This document shows positions 59,170 through 64,000 of a stretch of 64,000 nucleotides of DNA, piece after piece. The first letter of the stretch is position 1. Every line of letters begins with the position of its first letter. The stretch is from an uncultured Pelagibacteraceae bacterium (GTDB taxonomy: Bacteria > Pseudomonadota > Alphaproteobacteria > Pelagibacterales > AG-422-B15), in contig CACNCV010000002.1 in the NCBI GenBank assembly GCA_902619105.1, forward strand, positions 17,092 through 81,091, read 5' to 3'. The notes under the pieces are model-generated. The model did not search any database. It was given only the letters and a program-made list of their open reading frames with translations, and was not told the DNA's origin. A program made the position numbers and the translations under genes.

Positions 59170-59524
59170 TTTTTTTTCTTAAATAACTTATTAGATAAAT
59201 AGCTGATACACAACCAACTATATTTGCAAAACCTTCCATTATTACAAAATCACGAAACGGTATAAAAAAATGTATAAACTCAATAAAAACACTTGTGATC
59301 AGGGCTAAGCTGATACCAAATACAAAGTCATTGTTTTTATTGTTAGCGAGTTGAGCCAAAGCGCCGAGTATGAAAAATGAGATAAAGTGTATTCCATAAT
59401 CAGTAATTAAATTTGCTACCTCTCTTACTGTAGAGTCAACAGGCACAGGTCGCATATATGAGTAATAAAGATAAAATAAATAAAAAAAGAAGATTAGTCG
59501 AAGAGGATTTGCTAAAATGCTCAT
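59162..59524 (-). CDS. VanZ-like membrane protein
   Basis: HFISF, EFIHFFIPFR and ANIVG motifs. Confidence 0.7.
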   Translation of the reverse strand: MSILANPLRLIFFFYLFYLYYSYMRPVPVDSTVREVANLITDYGIHFISFFILGALAQLANNKNNDFVFGISLALITSVFIEFIHFFIPFRDFVIMEGFANIVGCVSAIYLISYLRKKNE

Positions 59525-59550
59525 GATCGTACTATAAGTTTATATATATA

Positions 59551-60228
59551 ATGAGCAATATATTAATCATAGGAGCTAATCGGGGTCTTGGACTTGAGTT
59601 TGTAAAGCAATATAGCAATACAAACCATAATATTATTGCAACCACTCGAAATAAAGATAGCTCAAAAGAGTTAAGTGAGATTAATAATATCAATATCGCT
59701 GAACTTGATTTAACTTCTGATACAAGCGTAAATAGTTTTGTAACAAGTATCGGGTCTCAAAAAATTGATATACTCATTCACAACGCAGGAGTTTTTAGTG
59801 ATGAGCAATTAAAAGAAGATCTTGATACAGATGCCTGGATGAATGAAATGAGAATTAATGCTGTGATACCCATAATTCTTGCAAGAAAATTAAAAAATAA
59901 CTTAAAAATGGGATCTGATAAAAAAGTTGTTTTTATATCCAGTCAAATGGGAAGCATTGATGACAATTACTCTGGTAGATTTTATTTTTATCGCTCATCA
60001 AAATCAGCTCTTAATTCTGCAGCAAGAAGCTTATCAATAGATTGGAAAGAAGATGGTATATCTGTCCTTATTTTGCACCCAGGATGGGTAAAAACAGATA
60101 TGGGTGGCACAAGTGCCAAATTAGAGATACCTGAGAGCATTACCCAGATGATCAATGTTATAAATGAACTAAATCTTGATAACTCTGGCTCATTTTTAAA
60201 TTATAAAGGAAAAAAACTCGAATGGTAA
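59551..60228 (+). CDS. Short-chain dehydrogenase (CsgA-like SDR)
   Basis: GANRGLG, SSQMGSI, YRSSK and HPGWVKTDMG motifs. Confidence 0.92.
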   Translation: MSNILIIGANRGLGLEFVKQYSNTNHNIIATTRNKDSSKELSEINNINIAELDLTSDTSVNSFVTSIGSQKIDILIHNAGVFSDEQLKEDLDTDAWMNEMRINAVIPIILARKLKNNLKMGSDKKVVFISSQMGSIDDNYSGRFYFYRSSKSALNSAARSLSIDWKEDGISVLILHPGWVKTDMGGTSAKLEIPESITQMINVINELNLDNSGSFLNYKGKKLEW

Positions 60229-60848
60229 AAGATCATACTCACGATAAACCTGATTTCTATAATAATCTTGATAAGACTTATGAAAATATTTGGGATCAAC
60301 TCATAGTTGGTAAATCAAAATCAAAATCTGAATTACATCAAGGGTATATTTCAACATTCAATGACTCATTTCCATCTGTTAGAACAGTTGTCCTCAGGCA
60401 TGTTGATAAGAAAAATAATACCATAAGCTTTCATACGGATATCCGATCCAGTAAAATTGATGAAATAAAAAAAAATAACTCTGTAACCATGCTGTTTTAC
60501 GATCATGGCAAAAAGATACAAATTAAAGTGTCGGGAAAAGCTGAAATTAATCATAAAAACGATAAAGCAAAAATGGCCTGGGATAACTCAAGGTCATTTA
60601 GCAAGAAATGTTATGTTGTTGAAAAGGCACCTGGAACCCCCTCAGATGAACCAACTTCAGGGTACTTACCAGAGCATGAAAACGAACTGCCGGACGATGA
60701 TCTTTTACAAAACGGTTACAACAACTTTACTTTAGTGGAAATTCAAATTCACTCGATTGAGTGGCTTTATTTGCATCGTCAAGGTCATCGCCGAGCATTG
60801 TTTACATCCACAAATGGCAGTTTAAACAAAGAATGGCTAACGCCGTAA
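60222..60848 (+). CDS. Pyridoxamine 5'-phosphate oxidase-like FMN-binding protein
   Basis: PSVRTVVLR, FHTDIRSSK and HRRALF motifs. Confidence 0.85.
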   Translation: MVKDHTHDKPDFYNNLDKTYENIWDQLIVGKSKSKSELHQGYISTFNDSFPSVRTVVLRHVDKKNNTISFHTDIRSSKIDEIKKNNSVTMLFYDHGKKIQIKVSGKAEINHKNDKAKMAWDNSRSFSKKCYVVEKAPGTPSDEPTSGYLPEHENELPDDDLLQNGYNNFTLVEIQIHSIEWLYLHRQGHRRALFTSTNGSLNKEWLTP

Positions 60849-60884
60849 TAGTGTCTAAATAAAGCAAGAAAAGGTTAAATAGTT

Positions 60885-61721
60885 TTGAAATATTTGTCAG
60901 AAAATAGATATAAAGGAGAGATAAAAGGTTTGGTATTAGACTGGAGTGGAACTACTGCTGACGCATACGTGATTGCTCCAACTATAGTGTTTGTTGAGGT
61001 TTTTAAGAAACAAAAGGTTGTAATCTCCATGGAAGAGGCAAGAGAACCCATGGGTTTACGAAAAGATTTACATATAAAAGCACTCACAGAGAACGCTGAA
61101 ATAAGAAAGCGCTGGAACATAGTACATGGTAAAGACCCACAAATGTCTGATGTTGAAAATATGTACGCAGATTTTGTTCCACTGCAGCTTAAATGCTTAA
61201 AACAATACTCAAAATTATTACCCGGAACAGCAGAAGTAATTAAACGGGTTCAAAATAGCGGTATAAAAGTTGGTTGCACAACTGGTTTTGTGCGGTCAAT
61301 GGTTAATATTTTAGAGGAAGAATCAGCAAAACAGGGATATGTCCCTGATGCGTCAGTTGCAGGTGATGATGTTAAAAATGGCGTTCGGCCCCTTCCCCAC
61401 ATGTTATATAAAAATTTAGATATAATGAATATAGAATCCATTCAATCAGTTATAAAAGTTGATGATACTGTTTCAGGAATTGGAGAAGCAATTAATGCTG
61501 GTTGTTGGGGTGTTGGTGTAACGCGATATTCGAATTATATGAATATAAATTCATTAGAAGAAGCTGATGAACTGAGTAAAGAAGAAATTGATATGAAACA
61601 AGGATATGCAAAAGATCTGCTTTATAAAGCAGGTGCGCATTACGTAATAGAAACTATTGCAGATATCGAGACCGTTATTGATGATATTAACAAAAGGCTT
61701 TCACGTGGTGAAAGGCCTTAA
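60885..61721 (+). CDS. phnX: Phosphonoacetaldehyde hydrolase (phosphonatase)
   Basis: HAD DWSGT, MGLRK Schiff-base Lys, KVDDT and AGAHYVI motifs; TTG start. Confidence 0.92.
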   Translation: MKYLSENRYKGEIKGLVLDWSGTTADAYVIAPTIVFVEVFKKQKVVISMEEAREPMGLRKDLHIKALTENAEIRKRWNIVHGKDPQMSDVENMYADFVPLQLKCLKQYSKLLPGTAEVIKRVQNSGIKVGCTTGFVRSMVNILEEESAKQGYVPDASVAGDDVKNGVRPLPHMLYKNLDIMNIESIQSVIKVDDTVSGIGEAINAGCWGVGVTRYSNYMNINSLEEADELSKEEIDMKQGYAKDLLYKAGAHYVIETIADIETVIDDINKRLSRGERP

Positions 61722-62233
61722 AAGTTGATTACAAATTTTTCTTGTTCCTCTGTTTCAATTGTACCTGGCCGGCAATTCCTTACATGATTTATGCATTGCT
61801 TTGAATCTAGTCCTAGTGCCTTTAAAATAAGTGAAGCAAACATTCCAGATCTACCTAATCCAGCATAACAATGCAGGTAAACATTTTTATTGAGTTCTAA
61901 CTGAGTAACACAATCTCTGATAATTTGACTATATTCATTTTTTTTAATCTGAGCTGGAATACCATAGTTTTTTATGGGCATGCTGTAGGCCCTAACATTC
62001 TTCTCCTCTAGATCTTTATGGAACTGATTAATTTCAAAATTTCTAATTTCATTAAGTTCTATCAATGAAACAACGAGTGATATATTTAAGTCGATGATAA
62101 TGGTTAAATCTTTTTTATAAGTAAATTTATCAAATCTAGAATTACTGATACCTGGACAACTGGATATAACCAAATTACCAAGATTTTTTTTTGCTTTAAC
62201 AATTTTCGAAAGCTTTATTTTAGTAAAGTTCAA
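61718..62233 (-). CDS. Protein-tyrosine/dual-specificity phosphatase-like protein (CDKN3-type)
   Basis: HCYAGLGRSG P-loop, CPG and RPGTIET motifs; TTG start overlaps the phnZ stop. Confidence 0.82.
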   Translation of the reverse strand: MNFTKIKLSKIVKAKKNLGNLVISSCPGISNSRFDKFTYKKDLTIIIDLNISLVVSLIELNEIRNFEINQFHKDLEEKNVRAYSMPIKNYGIPAQIKKNEYSQIIRDCVTQLELNKNVYLHCYAGLGRSGMFASLILKALGLDSKQCINHVRNCRPGTIETEEQEKFVINF

Positions 62234-62829
62234 ATATAGGACTTTTGAATAAAAGGATGAAAGAATGAAATAGCTTCAGTTTTCTTTCCCCTAATTTTTG
62301 CATTGTCATCATACTTTCGAAGTCTTACTGCATCTTCAAAATATTTATGACTTTCCAGTTTTCGAATAGCATCTTTGTTTAAATATCCGCCTTGAAGTTT
62401 AAAACTTCTTTTGGAGCCATCTGAAAGACCGTCATAATAATCTGATTGAACGGAACATAGATATCTCTTTGCAATAACGTGCATTTTAATTGGGTAAGTA
62501 ACTTCTTCAGGGAAATACTTGGATAAAAAAGATGCAGCAACGTTTTCATGATACTTGTCATTGTTTAAAAAATCATGGCTATTTACATCTTCGCCAGTCA
62601 ACATATGCCCTAAATCGTGAAATAATGAAGCAGTAATAAATTTATCACTTTCATTATTTTCTTTAGCTAAGGTTGCGCACTGAAGAGCATGTTGTAATTG
62701 AGTAATCTCTTCGTCATAAAAACTGCATGAACCTCTTTGATCAATAATTTCACATAAAACATTGGTACGCTCAATAATTGAAGCTGAATTTAATTTATTT
62801 TCTAGAGATTGGATTTTATCTAATTGCAT
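62230..62829 (-). CDS. phnZ: HD-domain di-iron phosphonate oxygenase (PhnZ/TmpB family)
   Basis: YDE..QLQH, HDLGH, HE, HVIAKRYL, S..S...QGG and RLRKYDD motifs. Confidence 0.85.
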   Translation of the reverse strand: MQLDKIQSLENKLNSASIIERTNVLCEIIDQRGSCSFYDEEITQLQHALQCATLAKENNESDKFITASLFHDLGHMLTGEDVNSHDFLNNDKYHENVAASFLSKYFPEEVTYPIKMHVIAKRYLCSVQSDYYDGLSDGSKRSFKLQGGYLNKDAIRKLESHKYFEDAVRLRKYDDNAKIRGKKTEAISFFHPFIQKSYI

Positions 62830-62874
62830 GATTTAAATGATTAATTATATTTTTTTTAATGTCAATAATTTGAG

Positions 62875-62924
62875 CTGTAACATTAGTGTAATAAATTGCA
62901 AAATATCTGTCATAAAAATGCAAC
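62875..62924 (+). promoter_or_regulatory. Tandem Pho boxes (PhoB sites)
   Basis: About 11-bp periodic half-sites ctgtaac, gtgtaat, ttgcaaa, ctgtcat (perfect, 62907-13) and atgcaac, between divergent phnZ and phnC. Confidence 0.75.
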
Positions 62925-62963
62925 TTTGATTTAATTTTTTTGTATTACTTTTCATTCATACTA

Positions 62964-63767
62964 ATGATCAAAGTAGAGAAATTAAATAAGTATTTTGGTG
63001 ACAACCGTGCAGTAAACGATGTCACATTTGAAATTAATAAACCTGAAATGATTGGTATCATTGGCAGATCTGGTGCTGGAAAGTCAACATTACTGAGAAT
63101 AATGAATCGTCTAACCGACGCAACTAGTGGATCTATTTTTATTGAAGGCAGAAATATACTTTCATTAACAAAGAAAGACAAACGAGCATGGCAAAAAGAT
63201 TGTGCCATGATATTTCAGCAATTCAATCTTGTGCCCCGTTTAGATGTTTTAACAAATGTAATTCTTGGAAGATCAAATATTCAAGGTACTTTACGATCAA
63301 GCTTAAAACTTTTCACTAAAGATGAACGCGTTGATGCATTGATGGCTCTGGATAAATTGGGAATGGCTGAAACCGCGCTGCAAAGAGCAGAGACTTTATC
63401 TGGTGGACAGCAACAAAGGGTTGCAATTTGTAGAGCTATGATGCAGCAACCAAAAATGATTTTAGCCGACGAGCCTATTGCATCGCTAGACCCTCTTAAT
63501 GCCCGACTTGTAATGGAATCACTTAGAAATATTCATAGAGAAAAGCAGATTACTGTTCTTGCAAATCTTCATACTCTTGATACCGCTAAAAATTATTGTG
63601 ACAGAGTCATTGGCATGAGACTTGGGGAAATTGTTTTTGATGATGTACCTTCAAGTTTAAAAGATGATGTTGCTAGAGAAATTTATGGCGCTGAAGCTGA
63701 AGAAGCATTTGAACCAACAGTTACTTCAACTTCACTTGGTGACGAACAGTTTGCAGAGGCAGGATAA
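62964..63767 (+). CDS. phnC: Phosphonate ABC transporter ATP-binding protein
   Basis: [25 protein letters not shown] and DEPIASLDP motifs. Confidence 0.95.
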   Translation: MIKVEKLNKYFGDNRAVNDVTFEINKPEMIGIIGRSGAGKSTLLRIMNRLTDATSGSIFIEGRNILSLTKKDKRAWQKDCAMIFQQFNLVPRLDVLTNVILGRSNIQGTLRSSLKLFTKDERVDALMALDKLGMAETALQRAETLSGGQQQRVAICRAMMQQPKMILADEPIASLDPLNARLVMESLRNIHREKQITVLANLHTLDTAKNYCDRVIGMRLGEIVFDDVPSSLKDDVAREIYGAEAEEAFEPTVTSTSLGDEQFAEAG

Positions 63768-63819
63768 TGTTAGCCTTTTCAAAAAAAAACTTAACAACTA
63801 ACAAGGAGATATACTAAAA

Positions 63820-64000
63820 ATGATTAAAAATTTAGTAAGGTCTATTATTGCTTGTTCATTCCTTTTTGTGTCTGCAAATGCATACGCATGGGATGTATCT
63901 GGCTATAAAGGGCCAACAATGGACTTGAGTAAATATCAACCTGAAATGAGACTTGGATTTTTAGGCGATGAATCAGCTCAAGACATTATTAAGAATAATG
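63820..64000 (+). CDS. phnD: Phosphonate ABC transporter substrate-binding protein (5' partial)
   Basis: SD aaggag, signal peptide and RLGFLGDESAQD; follows phnC; runs off the window. Confidence 0.75.
   Translation, partial: MIKNLVRSIIACSFLFVSANAYAWDVSGYKGPTMDLSKYQPEMRLGFLGDESAQDIIKNN

Overview
This is a very AT-rich, tightly packed window from a streamlined, probably marine alphaproteobacterium (SAR11/HIMB59-like by composition and gene order; inferred, not proven). Positions 1-25.9 kb are conserved alphaproteobacterial core: fabZ-lpxA-lpxI, gltA, lexA with a GTTC-N7-GTTC SOS box, trpEGDC, ppiD, tpiA-secG-pyrG-kdsA-eno-ftsB-lipA, ispDF, ntrYX-trkA-dat-hflX. Several usual neighbours are missing from these loci. 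At 26-31.6 kb, surface-polysaccharide genes surround a strong 28-bp dif (XerCD) site at 30435-30462, so the window probably spans the replication terminus. At 32-39 kb is the mltB-rlpA-dacA-tmk-holB-metG-tatD operon on the minus strand. The 39-64 kb region is mostly accessory: CBS/CGL, tRNA-Ser(TGA), a GMC oxidoreductase flanked by a 43-bp direct repeat, a domain-deleted mini-Mfd, recG, lipid/membrane genes, and a small unit with a rod-like RNA fold and a Cys-rich 32-codon ORF. It ends in a Pho-box-associated phosphonate locus (phnX, phnZ coupled to a PTP-like protein lacking its general-acid Asp, phnC, partial phnD). No CRISPR array, rRNA, transposase or integrase was seen. All family assignments come from motif recognition by eye, without database searches.
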